The position numbers and the translations under genes were made by a program. The notes under the pieces are model-generated. The model did not search any database. It had not been told where the DNA came from and was given only the letters and a program-made list of their open reading frames with translations. This document shows positions 29,488 through 39,824 of a stretch of 64,000 nt of DNA, piece by piece (the first letter of the stretch is position 1; each line of letters starts with the position of its first letter). This stretch comes from Akkermansiaceae bacterium (lineage in GTDB: Bacteria > Verrucomicrobiota > Verrucomicrobiia > Verrucomicrobiales > Akkermansiaceae): the NCBI GenBank assembly GCA_051251915.1, contig JBPOGF010000012.1, forward strand, positions 74,718 through 138,717. The letters are read 5' to 3'.

Positions 29488-30108
29488 ATGAAATTCCTCC
29501 GCATTTTTTCAGCCTTCATCATGCTAATTATGTTAAATTCTTGCACTCACGATCCCTATAATTATCACGATATGGTGAAGATTCAGCAAGTTGACCCAAG
29601 TATCCAAACCGACCTACGCTACAAAACCAGCAACAACATCACAAAACAACCGCTCTACCCCGCTGATATGCCCACCCTCCTCAGACCAAACACCGCCAAG
29701 CGACTAGCCCACGCCAACCAGCTCGTCACAGAAAGCGGCTATCGGCTTAAGATATGGGACGCCTACCGCCCACAATCTGCCCAAATCGCCCTCTGGGACT
29801 CGTCCGGTCAAGACTCCAACTTTGTCGCTAATCCTTACGAAAACCCATCCCTCCACACTCACGGAGTAGCAGTCGACGTCACCCTCGCATTCCCTGATGG
29901 ATCCCCAGCCCCGATGCCCACTGACTTCGATGATTTCAGCAACAAAGCATCCCCACACTACATCCATCCCAGCCCCGTAGTGAGACGAAATCTCCGCATC
30001 CTCAAAGACGCCATGCACACCGCAGGCTTCCTCTACATCCACTCTGAGTGGTGGCACTTCCTAGATAAAGACTACAAACAATACTCCATCATCCCATCCA
30101 TCCAGTAA
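29488..30108 (+). CDS. M15D D-Ala-D-Ala dipeptidase (VanX/DdpX-like), predicted lipoprotein
   Basis: WDAYRP, SxH...AVD, EWWH; LNSC lipobox. Confidence 0.85.
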   Translation: MKFLRIFSAFIMLIMLNSCTHDPYNYHDMVKIQQVDPSIQTDLRYKTSNNITKQPLYPADMPTLLRPNTAKRLAHANQLVTESGYRLKIWDAYRPQSAQIALWDSSGQDSNFVANPYENPSLHTHGVAVDVTLAFPDGSPAPMPTDFDDFSNKASPHYIHPSPVVRRNLRILKDAMHTAGFLYIHSEWWHFLDKDYKQYSIIPSIQ

Positions 30109-30112
30109 CAAA

Positions 30113-31336
30113 ATGCCTACCAAAAACATTGCCATCATAGGTGCTGGTCCGGCCGGACTACGCGCAGCAGAAGTCGCCGCTGAATCAGGAGCCTCAGTCA
30201 CCATCTTCGACTCCAAACCCTCCTCTGGCAGGAAATTTCTAGTCGCCGGTAAAAGTGGCCTTAACCTCACCAACGATGAACCCTGGGAAACCTTTCTCCA
30301 AAAATACAGCGGCACCGACCTCCCCCATCAACACTGGAACAAAATCCTCTCCAACTTCGACAACCAAGCCCTCCGCTACTGGGCAGGCGAATTAGGTATC
30401 GCCACCTTCGTAGCGTCTTCAGGAAAGGTCTTTCCCACAGAAATGAAAGCAGCCCCCCTCCTCAAGCGCTGGATCGACAAACTGCGCGCCCTAGAGGTAA
30501 GTTTTTCATTCAACCACCACTGCACCAATTTCAGCAGCTCCAAAAATGGCGTAGAGGTAAGTTTTTCCACCCCAGATAACCATGAAGAAACTACCCTCCA
30601 ATTTGACGCCGTAGTCCTCGCCCTTGGCGGAGGTTCCTGGCGCAACACTGGTTCCACTGGTGAATGGACAAGCATATTCTTAAATCACAACATCCACCTT
30701 ACCCCACTCACCGCGGCCAACTGCGGCTGGGAAACACCATGGCCTGAAGATTTCATCAAAGAAGCCGAAGGCCTCCCACTCAAAAACATCATCGTCACCG
30801 CCGGAGAAAAATCCATCGGCGGTGAACTAGTCATCACCAAATACGGACTCGAAGGCGGCCCCATCTACAAACTAGGCGCAGCCATCAAATCACTCCCATC
30901 TCCACAAATCACCATCGACTTCAAACCAAGCCACACAGAAGAACAACTCACTGCCAAAATGGAGTCTGCTAAACGCAACCTCATCCACGAAGCCAAGCTC
31001 CGCTGGAAACTCAACGCAGCCACCCACTCCCTCCTAAAACATCACTTCCCCACAGAAGAAAGCCTTACCGTCGAAAAACTCGCCCACACCATAAAAAAAT
31101 TCCCCATCCCTCTCACCCAACCCCGCCCCATAGATGAAGTCATCTCCAGCGCCGGCGGTGTAAAATGGTCCGAGCTTGACCAAAACCTCATGCTCAAAAA
31201 ACTCCCAGGCATCTACTGCGCCGGAGAAATGATCGACTGGGAAGCCCCAACCGGCGGCTACCTCCTCCAAGCCTGCTTCGCCACAGGGACATGGGTTGCC
31301 AAAGCCATTCTGGCACAACAACCTCCTCTATCATGA
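30113..31336 (+). CDS. BaiN/HI0933-family flavoprotein (TIGR03862-like)
   Basis: GAGPAG, GRKFLVAGKSGLNLT, AGEMIDWEAPTGGYLLQAC. Confidence 0.88.
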   Translation: MPTKNIAIIGAGPAGLRAAEVAAESGASVTIFDSKPSSGRKFLVAGKSGLNLTNDEPWETFLQKYSGTDLPHQHWNKILSNFDNQALRYWAGELGIATFVASSGKVFPTEMKAAPLLKRWIDKLRALEVSFSFNHHCTNFSSSKNGVEVSFSTPDNHEETTLQFDAVVLALGGGSWRNTGSTGEWTSIFLNHNIHLTPLTAANCGWETPWPEDFIKEAEGLPLKNIIVTAGEKSIGGELVITKYGLEGGPIYKLGAAIKSLPSPQITIDFKPSHTEEQLTAKMESAKRNLIHEAKLRWKLNAATHSLLKHHFPTEESLTVEKLAHTIKKFPIPLTQPRPIDEVISSAGGVKWSELDQNLMLKKLPGIYCAGEMIDWEAPTGGYLLQACFATGTWVAKAILAQQPPLS

Positions 31337-31384
31337 ATCACATAAAAATATGTAGCTGCCGCAGCTATAAAGTAAACTAGCCTC

Positions 31385-32215
31385 TTAAAGCAACTTCACA
31401 CCACCATCAGCAAAAGCAATCTTACGCTCCTTATAAAGCTGCCCTAGCGCCTTCTTATAAGTCTTCTTGCTCACACCAAACATCGCCTGAATAGCCAGCG
31501 CATCGCTCTTATCTCCTACATCAAGAAAACCATTCCCCTGCTTAAGCCTAGCCATAATCTGCTCCGCAAGAGTGCCTACTTTTTCAGCACCAGGCTTCTG
31601 TAAAATAATATCTACCTTATCATCTTCACGCAGTGTGAGTACATACCCCTTTAAACGATCACCAATACTCACTGGCTGGAAAATTTGATCATGATAGATC
31701 ATCCCCCAATGCGTCCCCTCAACAATGACATTATAACCATTAGTCGATCTACGCACCACAATGATGTCAACCTGCTCATCCTCTAAAAACGTCCTTCTCT
31801 CCTTACCCAGAAACCTCCCCAACTTAGTAGTCGCAGCAATCCTGCCAGACTTCTCATCCACATAAGCCTGCACCATGATAGTCACCCCCTGACTCACTTT
31901 TCTCTTCTGCTCACCAAACGGCAACATCAAATCTTTGCTCAAACCCCAGTCCAAAAATGCTCCCGCCTGATTGACCTGTACCACCTTAAGCGCGGCACAC
32001 TCACCCACTATAATCTTAGGCTCCTTTGTCGTCGCAATCAGTCGATCTTCTGAATCATTATAAATAAAGACACGCATCCACGAACCCAGTTGAGCTCCTT
32101 GCCCACCTTCGTATGTAGGCAGCAAGATTTCACCACATTCATGCCCATCAAGATAAGCACCCCTGTCTTCAAGACGGACCACTTCGAGACTATTCCATTT
32201 TCCTAAATCAGCCAT
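31385..32215 (-). CDS. CvfB family S1-domain RNA-binding protein
   Basis: GAYLDG, DSEDRLIAT, GAFLDWGLSKDL, FGVSKKTYKKALGQLYK winged helix. Confidence 0.9.
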   Translation of the reverse strand: MADLGKWNSLEVVRLEDRGAYLDGHECGEILLPTYEGGQGAQLGSWMRVFIYNDSEDRLIATTKEPKIIVGECAALKVVQVNQAGAFLDWGLSKDLMLPFGEQKRKVSQGVTIMVQAYVDEKSGRIAATTKLGRFLGKERRTFLEDEQVDIIVVRRSTNGYNVIVEGTHWGMIYHDQIFQPVSIGDRLKGYVLTLREDDKVDIILQKPGAEKVGTLAEQIMARLKQGNGFLDVGDKSDALAIQAMFGVSKKTYKKALGQLYKERKIAFADGGVKLL

Positions 32216-32221
32216 TATCGA

Positions 32222-33094
32222 TTATGACTCCAGAACTACTGGAAACGGCTGAGGTTGAATAACATCACGGCATAATTCTTCTTGAAACTGACTAAGAGAA
32301 GGCATCTGCGCCAGCGCTTCTTCAACAGATTGAGGCCTATCTTCCCAATTTGGGCTCATTAACCTATACATCCACACCTTAAATGACTCAGGAATATCCC
32401 CTCTGAATCCACTGATATAAGGCAACTCACCAACTCTGTGCTTAGCTTTAGCGGTTGCTAATGGCAATTTCGCGAGTGGATGACCATCTGCCAACATAGC
32501 GTAACATAGCTGACCAATCATAAAGATACTGGTGATTTCCCCCATCGGCTTACCTGCACAGAGCTCTGGAGCTGCGAAGGCAGAGGCTATCATCTTTTTC
32601 TCAGAACCTGGACCGTGAATCAATGGCATGAGTTTACTGTAGCCCATATCCATAAGGAGGAAATGCTTACCTCCATTAGCCTTTTTCTGAACCAGAACTG
32701 ACGAAAGCCTAAAGTGGTAATGGAAAAATCCATACTGACGGAGTTGACCTAGCGCCTCCAAAAGCTGCTCAGCTAGATCATACACATCCTGCACACTAAA
32801 CATCCCCTTCCCGAGCATGCTCTGGAGAGTATTGCCATTTGCAGATGCTCCTACAATGTAAGCTGTATCATTTTCTATACCCGCATCTATCACAGGTAGA
32901 ACACTAGCGTCCTCCACACTCGATAGATCTTTTACAAGGCTCAAAAACTTTTTATCAAAGACACTTCGGTCTTCATTTTTAGGAATAGTAAACTGACGCA
33001 AGATAACATTTCTTCCGATGACTGTATCCTCAGCAAGGTAAACCTGCCCTAAGCGCCCGTTTCCGAGACTACGTTTGATTTTATATCGGTTCAT
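32222..33094 (-). CDS. Ser/Thr protein kinase-like protein, probable pseudokinase (start revised to MNRYKI)
   Basis: LGNGRLGQVYLAED Gly-loop, APE and DRP motifs present; VAIK->VILR, HRD->HYH, DFG->DMG. Confidence 0.75.
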   Translation of the reverse strand: MNRYKIKRSLGNGRLGQVYLAEDTVIGRNVILRQFTIPKNEDRSVFDKKFLSLVKDLSSVEDASVLPVIDAGIENDTAYIVGASANGNTLQSMLGKGMFSVQDVYDLAEQLLEALGQLRQYGFFHYHFRLSSVLVQKKANGGKHFLLMDMGYSKLMPLIHGPGSEKKMIASAFAAPELCAGKPMGEITSIFMIGQLCYAMLADGHPLAKLPLATAKAKHRVGELPYISGFRGDIPESFKVWMYRLMSPNWEDRPQSVEEALAQMPSLSQFQEELCRDVIQPQPFPVVLES

Positions 33095-33286
33095 TGTATG
33101 GCTTTCTAGTTTGGGGAATATTGTATATTTATACAGGTTAGCTTGTTGATATCTTACAATAGCATGCTTCACTGCTCATTATATTTTTGGGATTCCAGCC
33201 CCTCGTCAGCTAAAGCGTCGCGTCTTGCAACACTTATCTTAGTTTTTGACGTTATTTATCGACTGAAAATTAAAACTACCGTTTCT

Positions 33287-34063
33287 TTATCTTGCCTCGA
33301 CCTCAGTCCGATTAAACATAATCTCGTGAGCTCCAATAAAGCCAGTATCCACTAATGCTTTATTCCAGGTCTCGATAAGCGGCGGGCTATTGAAGATCAA
33401 ATATGCCTTCAAAATCCAGATCAACCCCTCTTGCTTATTACCCGAATCGAATTCTCTAAGAGCATTTGCATAATAGTAATAAGGGTTATCCTCCATATAA
33501 CTACGCAGTTCATACATTCTCTTCAGCTCCGCATCATACTTGCCAGGACTATCTTTGGCTAACTTTGAGATCGAAATCAGGTATTTAAAATCTAATAGTG
33601 GCAATGAAGTATCTCCCCTGCTTTTGATCAGCTTGTTGATATATACCATATAATCAGTAGCCTTTTGATAGCGACCATCAAAAAAATTAATCTCTACCAA
33701 ATTCATCAAAGATGGAATATGATTCGGGTTAATCTTTAGCACTTCATCGTAATAAGAGATCGCCTTATCAACGTCATGAATCTGTGCCCTGCATATACCA
33801 TGCAGCCAGATCAAATCCATGTCATCTGGGAAAATATTAAGCGCATCTTCAATAGCGATCATGCAGGTGAAAAACTTCTGATTCCTACTAGCTTCAGTCG
33901 CCTTGCGCTTAAGCTTCACATACTCAGTCCTAGCCTCAAGCGGAAGCTTTTCAAATCTCTCGCCAATAACCTTAAGACGGCTAGCCACGACTGGATCCTG
34001 AGCGGATGCAAAGGAAGAGGCTACTACTAGCAGGGCGGATACAGTTACGGTAAGTAGTTTCAT
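33287..34063 (-). CDS. Secreted TPR-repeat protein (paralog 2)
   Basis: Signal peptide ASA-QDP; TPR-like AISYYDEVLKINPNH. Confidence 0.75.
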   Translation of the reverse strand: MKLLTVTVSALLVVASSFASAQDPVVASRLKVIGERFEKLPLEARTEYVKLKRKATEASRNQKFFTCMIAIEDALNIFPDDMDLIWLHGICRAQIHDVDKAISYYDEVLKINPNHIPSLMNLVEINFFDGRYQKATDYMVYINKLIKSRGDTSLPLLDFKYLISISKLAKDSPGKYDAELKRMYELRSYMEDNPYYYYANALREFDSGNKQEGLIWILKAYLIFNSPPLIETWNKALVDTGFIGAHEIMFNRTEVEAR

Positions 34064-34122
34064 AATGTTTTTATTTAGGTTTCTAATTAATGCAATAACC
34101 TTTACTATGTCAAGTCCTAAGG

Positions 34123-34932
34123 CTATTTCAGAACCTCAACACCACCCAACCACACTCTATAATTCAACCCCTCCTGAATATCCACACGCATTAATTCAAT
34201 CTCATAACCAGCCACAACATGCGAATCCAAAAGGACTTTATTCCAAACATCTATAAATCTCGCATCAGCGAAGACTGTCGCCGCTCGGGATAACCACACC
34301 TCCCCCTCTAATCTATTCCCCGATTCAAATTCACGTAGCGCATTAACATAATAAAAATAAGGCGTATCATCCATACTTGAATGGAGAGAACTCAGCCTCT
34401 TTATCTCGTTTTTGTATTTATCAGGCTGCTTTATAGATAGCTTACTCAAACAAACCAGATGCTTAAAATCAAGCAGCGGCAGCGATTCCCCCCTTCTTAA
34501 CCAGTTGATGCAGTTCACATATTTCGAAGCCTCCTCAAAATCACCAGAAAAGAAATGAATCTCCACTAGATTCATTAGCGCCAGCATATGGCTAATATTA
34601 ATCCCTAAAACCTTCAAATACTGCTCAGTCGCTCCATCAACATCGTGTATCCGTGCAAGACAAATCCCCTTCAGCCAAATAAGATCCATATCCTCGGAGA
34701 AAATATGTAGCGCTTTATCAATAGTAACGATGCAGCTAAAATACCTCTGCTCCTTATTCTCTTTAGTGGCACGCCTCTTCAACACAATAAACTCTTCCCG
34801 CTTTTTCAATGGCAACTTTTTAAACTGATTACTAATAGCCTCCAAACGAGCCTTAACCATCGGATCCTGTGCAGCAACCGTAGGGAAAATCATAAATAAA
34901 ACTCCAAAAACAATAATAATTAACTTTTCCAT
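34123..34932 (-). CDS. Secreted TPR-repeat protein (paralog 1)
   Basis: Signal peptide VAA-QDP; colinear with neighbour (DMDLIWL.GIC, LPLLDFK, PY.YY.NALREF.SGN). Confidence 0.75.
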   Translation of the reverse strand: MEKLIIIVFGVLFMIFPTVAAQDPMVKARLEAISNQFKKLPLKKREEFIVLKRRATKENKEQRYFSCIVTIDKALHIFSEDMDLIWLKGICLARIHDVDGATEQYLKVLGINISHMLALMNLVEIHFFSGDFEEASKYVNCINWLRRGESLPLLDFKHLVCLSKLSIKQPDKYKNEIKRLSSLHSSMDDTPYFYYVNALREFESGNRLEGEVWLSRAATVFADARFIDVWNKVLLDSHVVAGYEIELMRVDIQEGLNYRVWLGGVEVLK

Positions 34933-35063
34933 AATATCAAAGTCTGACTGAGCACTTTAAATAGGTCAAGCTACAAACACTTACAACACAATGGCGAATT
35001 AGCCTTAAATCCCACCAAAAGACAATTCTCTGTAAAAAAAACGCCAAACAATTCAATTTTATT

Positions 35064-35100
35064 TTGACAGATCAGCCGCCTCTGCTACTTTCCGCCCGCC
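35064..35100 (+). promoter_or_regulatory. Stable-RNA-type sigma70 promoter for trnT-tuf
   Basis: TTGACA-N16-TACTTT followed by GC-rich discriminator CCGCCCGCC. Confidence 0.75.
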
Positions 35101-35158
35101 TGTCAGTAGGTCAACTTACTCGGCAAGCAACTAGTAATGGTATCAATTACACTGTTAC

Positions 35159-35233
35159 GCTCTTGTAGCTCAGGGGTAGAGCGCATCCTTGGTAAGGATG
35201 AAGTCGGCGGTTCAATTCCGCCCAAGAGCTCCA
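35159..35233 (+). tRNA. tRNA-Thr(GGT)
   Basis: Acceptor stem GCTCTTG/CAAGAGC, anticodon arm CATCC-TTGGTAA-GGATG, TTC loop, encoded CCA. Confidence 0.96.
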
Positions 35234-35320
35234 GCGTAACTAACATCATATCGAAATAATCCAGTCTGACAAACAACTTGCCAGACCTAATTAAAGCGCA
35301 AAAAAAGAAAAATAAATATT

Positions 35321-36505
<1,185 letters not shown>

Positions 36506-36578
36506 TTAATAGTTATTCTAGAATAAAGCACACTTTTTTAATGCGCTAGGATTCAGCACATTACGTGACTGAAAACTG

Positions 36579-36625
36579 GATTTCGAGGGTGCTTCAAGTT
36601 TTAATGCTTGAAGTACCCTTAAATC
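36579..36625 (+). other. Long stem-loop between tuf and tRNA-Trp (processing or termination structure)
   Basis: GAGGGTGCTTCAAG/CTTGAAGTACCCTT inverted repeat. Confidence 0.5.
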
Positions 36626-36699
36626 GCATTAAAAGAACTGCCCACTTGATAACCAAGTCAAGTCGGCAACAAGAAGTAACAAGGAGTAGTAAAACAAAC

Positions 36700-36775
36700 A
36701 GGGTTGTAGCTCAATTGGTAGAGTAGTGGTCTCCAAAACCATTGGTTGAGAGTTCGAGTCTCTCCGGCCCTGCCA
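36700..36775 (+). tRNA. tRNA-Trp(CCA)
   Basis: Acceptor AGGGTTG/CGGCCCT, anticodon arm GTGGT-CTCCAAA-ACCAT, GTTCGAG T-loop, encoded CCA; upstream of secE. Confidence 0.95.
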
Positions 36776-36804
36776 CTCCTTAACAAAATATATAACAACA
36801 AAAC

Positions 36805-37029
36805 ATGTTTCAGAAGATTTCAACATTCATCGGCGAAGTAAGAGGCGAACTCCGTAAGGCTACATGGCCTTGGGATCCAGATCCAAAAGCCAAAGGCCTT
36901 AAGAAATACAAAGAGCTCGTCGACTCAACAGTAGTCGTCATGATCGCCATTGTCCTTCTCGCTGGCTTCGTTGCAGTCTCTGATCTCCTTCTCTCCAAGG
37001 CTATCAAGTTCATCTCAACTAGCTTCTAA
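36805..37029 (+). CDS. secE: Preprotein translocase subunit SecE
   Basis: EVRGELRKATWP, single C-terminal TM; trnW-secE-nusG context. Confidence 0.93.
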   Translation: MFQKISTFIGEVRGELRKATWPWDPDPKAKGLKKYKELVDSTVVVMIAIVLLAGFVAVSDLLLSKAIKFISTSF

Positions 37030-37102
37030 TTGCTAAACATAGACGAACCACAAGTCATACAATTTATATTAACTTCATCTTAACGATAATCTAAACACTC
37101 AG

Positions 37103-37678
37103 ATGCCAAAAATTCCACCACCAAACAAGCAATGGTACGTAGTTCACGTACTCTCCGGTCAAGAGCAACGCGTTCGTGACCGTATCTTGCGCATGGTTGA
37201 AGCAGAAGAAATGGGAGACTTCATCTACGAAGTCCTCGTTCCTCAAGAGATCGTCTCAGCAGTAGGTAAAGGTGGGCAGAAAACAGAAAGAAAGAAAAAA
37301 TTCTATCCTGGCTACATCATCGTTAACATGAACCTCTACACAGAGGACGGTCAGCTCCAAGAAAACACTTGGTACTTCATGAAAGAAACCGATGGCATCA
37401 TCGGCTACGCTGGCACTAAAAATGAACCTATCCCTATGCGCCAACGTGAAGTTGACGCCATGCTCGCTCAGATCAAGGAACGTGAAGAAAACATTCGCCC
37501 AGCGATCGCTTTCGAAGTAGGAGACGAAGTAAAAGTATCCGACGGTCCATTCCAGAGCCAAACAGGCATCGTGGAAGAAATCGACGAAGAAAAAGGAAAA
37601 CTACGCGTGTCAGTAACTATCTTTGGTCGCGCAACACCAGTAGAACTCGAATTCTGGCAAGTAGAAGCTGGCGAGTAA
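37103..37678 (+). CDS. nusG: Transcription antitermination factor NusG
   Basis: WYVVHVLSGQE, FYPGYI, KOW DGPF, IFGRATPVEL. Confidence 0.96.
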   Translation: MPKIPPPNKQWYVVHVLSGQEQRVRDRILRMVEAEEMGDFIYEVLVPQEIVSAVGKGGQKTERKKKFYPGYIIVNMNLYTEDGQLQENTWYFMKETDGIIGYAGTKNEPIPMRQREVDAMLAQIKEREENIRPAIAFEVGDEVKVSDGPFQSQTGIVEEIDEEKGKLRVSVTIFGRATPVELEFWQVEAGE

Positions 37679-37776
37679 AACCAACTACAACAGCTACTTA
37701 AAAACACTCTCTATGTAGCCGTGAATAGCGGCATCATTAACCACAACAATAATCAACAACAAACATTAGCAACATT

Positions 37777-38205
37777 ATGGCTAAAGAAGTAAAACAAATT
37801 CTAAAACTCCAGATTCAAGCTGGACAAGCAAATCCATCACCACCAGTAGGACCAGCACTCGGTCAAGCAGGTGTTAACATCATGGCGTTCTGTAAGGACT
37901 TCAACGCGCAAACACAAGCAAAGGCAGGAGATCTCCTCCCAGTTGAAATCACCGTATTCAAGGACAGCTCATTCACATTCATCACTAAGCAGCCACCTGC
38001 AGCAGTGCTCCTCAAAAAAGCAGCTAAGATCAAATCAGGATCAGGTGAACCTAACAAGATCAAAGTAGCTAAGCTCACAAAAGCTCAGCTCCTCGAAGTT
38101 GCAGCGATCAAGATGCCTGACCTTAACGCGAATGACGAAGAAGCAGCATGTAGAATCCTCGCAGGAACATGCCGCCAAATGGGAATCACAGTAGAAGGTC
38201 TCTAA
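37777..38205 (+). CDS. rplK: 50S ribosomal protein L11
   Basis: [30 protein letters not shown]. Confidence 0.98.
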   Translation: MAKEVKQILKLQIQAGQANPSPPVGPALGQAGVNIMAFCKDFNAQTQAKAGDLLPVEITVFKDSSFTFITKQPPAAVLLKKAAKIKSGSGEPNKIKVAKLTKAQLLEVAAIKMPDLNANDEEAACRILAGTCRQMGITVEGL

Positions 38206-38235
38206 TTCTCTGAATTAGTAGTAACTAAAAATTTC

Positions 38236-38266
38236 AAAAGACGTATCTTCGGATACGTCTTTTTTT
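38236..38266. terminator. Intrinsic (probably bidirectional) terminator after rplK
   Basis: AAAAGACGTATC-TTCG-GATACGTCTTTTTTT with cUUCGg tetraloop. Confidence 0.9.
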
Positions 38267-38281
38267 GTGCTCATATCAGGA

Positions 38282-38524
38282 TTAAATTTGCTCCACATTC
38301 TGCAGATCCATAATCCTAGTCTCGTTCGCAAATGGATCACGGAAATAAATCAATACGTGCCTCTTCAGCACCTTGAACTGAATCGGATTACCCCTAGGAT
38401 CAAGCTCATAGTTGTCACCAGGGCTCGCGGGATAGCGCTCTAACTGCTTGAGGAAAGCAAGCACATGCGAACTATCCTGCATTCGTCGTATCGCCCCTTC
38501 AGCATCTTTATGTAGAATCATCAT
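38282..38524 (-). CDS. Small hypothetical protein with RelE/ParE-like pattern
   Basis: 80 aa; ILHKDA..helix..FLKQLERYP...HVLIYF...TRIMDL; starts 4 nt after kbl stop. Confidence 0.5.
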   Translation of the reverse strand: MMILHKDAEGAIRRMQDSSHVLAFLKQLERYPASPGDNYELDPRGNPIQFKVLKRHVLIYFRDPFANETRIMDLQNVEQI

Positions 38525-38528
38525 TTGA

Positions 38529-39725
38529 TTAAATCACCCCTAAATCTTTCCCCGCTTTAATAAATGCTTCTATCCCCTTATCAAGTTGCTCCCTCGTGTG
38601 GGCTGCACTGATCTGAGTGCGTATTCTAGCTGTATTATGCGGCACTACTGGATAAAAGAAACCAATCGCATACACTCCATATTCCAACAGTTTCTCAGAG
38701 AACTTCTGCGAAAGCGCAGCATCTCCTAGCATTACCGGCGAGATAGGATGATCATCTCCGGCTATCGTGAAGCCCGTAGATGCCATATTGGAGCGGAAAT
38801 ACTCAGTGTTCTCCTTCACCCTGTCTGCATACTCAGTAGACTCCTCTAACATCTCAAACACCTCCATAGATGCCGCCGCGATGACTGGCGCCACCGAGTT
38901 AGAAAAGAGATACGGCCTTGAACGCTGACGCAGCAAATCCACTATCTCTTTCTTACCAGAGGTATAACCACCTGACGCACCCCCCAGCGCCTTACCTAAC
39001 GTCCCCGTAGTGAGATCTATTTTGCCAAACAACCCACAATGCTCATGCGTCCCTCTGCCGCGCTCACCTAAAAATCCCGTAGAATGGCAGTCATCGAAAT
39101 GCACGATCGCATTGTATTTCTCAGCCAACGCATGAACCTTATCCAGTTGACAAATAATCCCATCCATCGAGAAAACCCCATCAGTAGTAATTAGCTTAAA
39201 CCTTGCCCCGGCCTCATCCGCCTCTTTCAACTTCACCTCTAGGTCCTCCATATCATTATTCGCATAGCGAAAACGCTTCGCCTTACACAGACGAACCCCA
39301 TCAATGATAGAAGCGTGATTTAAGCTGTCAGAAATAACAGCGTCCTCCGCCGTAAGCAACACCTCAAATAATCCTCCATTAGCATCAAAACATGATGGAT
39401 ACAAAATTGTATCCTCAGTACCTAAATAATGAGAAATCTTCTCCTCTAACTCACGGTGAAGCGTCTGAGTTCCACAAATAAAACGCACTGAAGCCATCCC
39501 AAATCCCCACTTCTTAGCAGCAGCAGAGGCAGCTTCTACCACCCTAGGGTGATCGGCCAACCCAAGGTAATTATTAGCACACATATTAATGACCTCACTA
39601 CCATCTTGTAGCGTGACGGTGGAATTCTGACTGGATGCTATATAACGCTCGCTCTTGAACAGCCCAGCGTTTTTGATTTCAGAAATAGTAGAACTTAAAT
39701 GGTCTTGAAAAGCTGTCGGATACAT
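38529..39725 (-). CDS. kbl: Glycine C-acetyltransferase (2-amino-3-ketobutyrate CoA ligase)
   Basis: [39 protein letters not shown]. Confidence 0.95.
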   Translation of the reverse strand: MYPTAFQDHLSSTISEIKNAGLFKSERYIASSQNSTVTLQDGSEVINMCANNYLGLADHPRVVEAASAAAKKWGFGMASVRFICGTQTLHRELEEKISHYLGTEDTILYPSCFDANGGLFEVLLTAEDAVISDSLNHASIIDGVRLCKAKRFRYANNDMEDLEVKLKEADEAGARFKLITTDGVFSMDGIICQLDKVHALAEKYNAIVHFDDCHSTGFLGERGRGTHEHCGLFGKIDLTTGTLGKALGGASGGYTSGKKEIVDLLRQRSRPYLFSNSVAPVIAAASMEVFEMLEESTEYADRVKENTEYFRSNMASTGFTIAGDDHPISPVMLGDAALSQKFSEKLLEYGVYAIGFFYPVVPHNTARIRTQISAAHTREQLDKGIEAFIKAGKDLGVI

Positions 39726-39824
39726 AACCGCAGTCAATCTAGTTTACCATCGCCTGTGAAGCCGAAACTAACAAATTATCTACTTATTAATAGCCCATTA
39801 GTAGAGCTAATTAAGATGATGATT

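Noticed and set aside
29488..30108. Vancomycin resistance cluster
   Set aside because: No vanA/vanH/vanRS neighbours
36506..36699. No rpmG between tuf and tRNA-Trp
   Set aside because: tuf-trnW-secE without rpmG is a known arrangement, so this is not unusual
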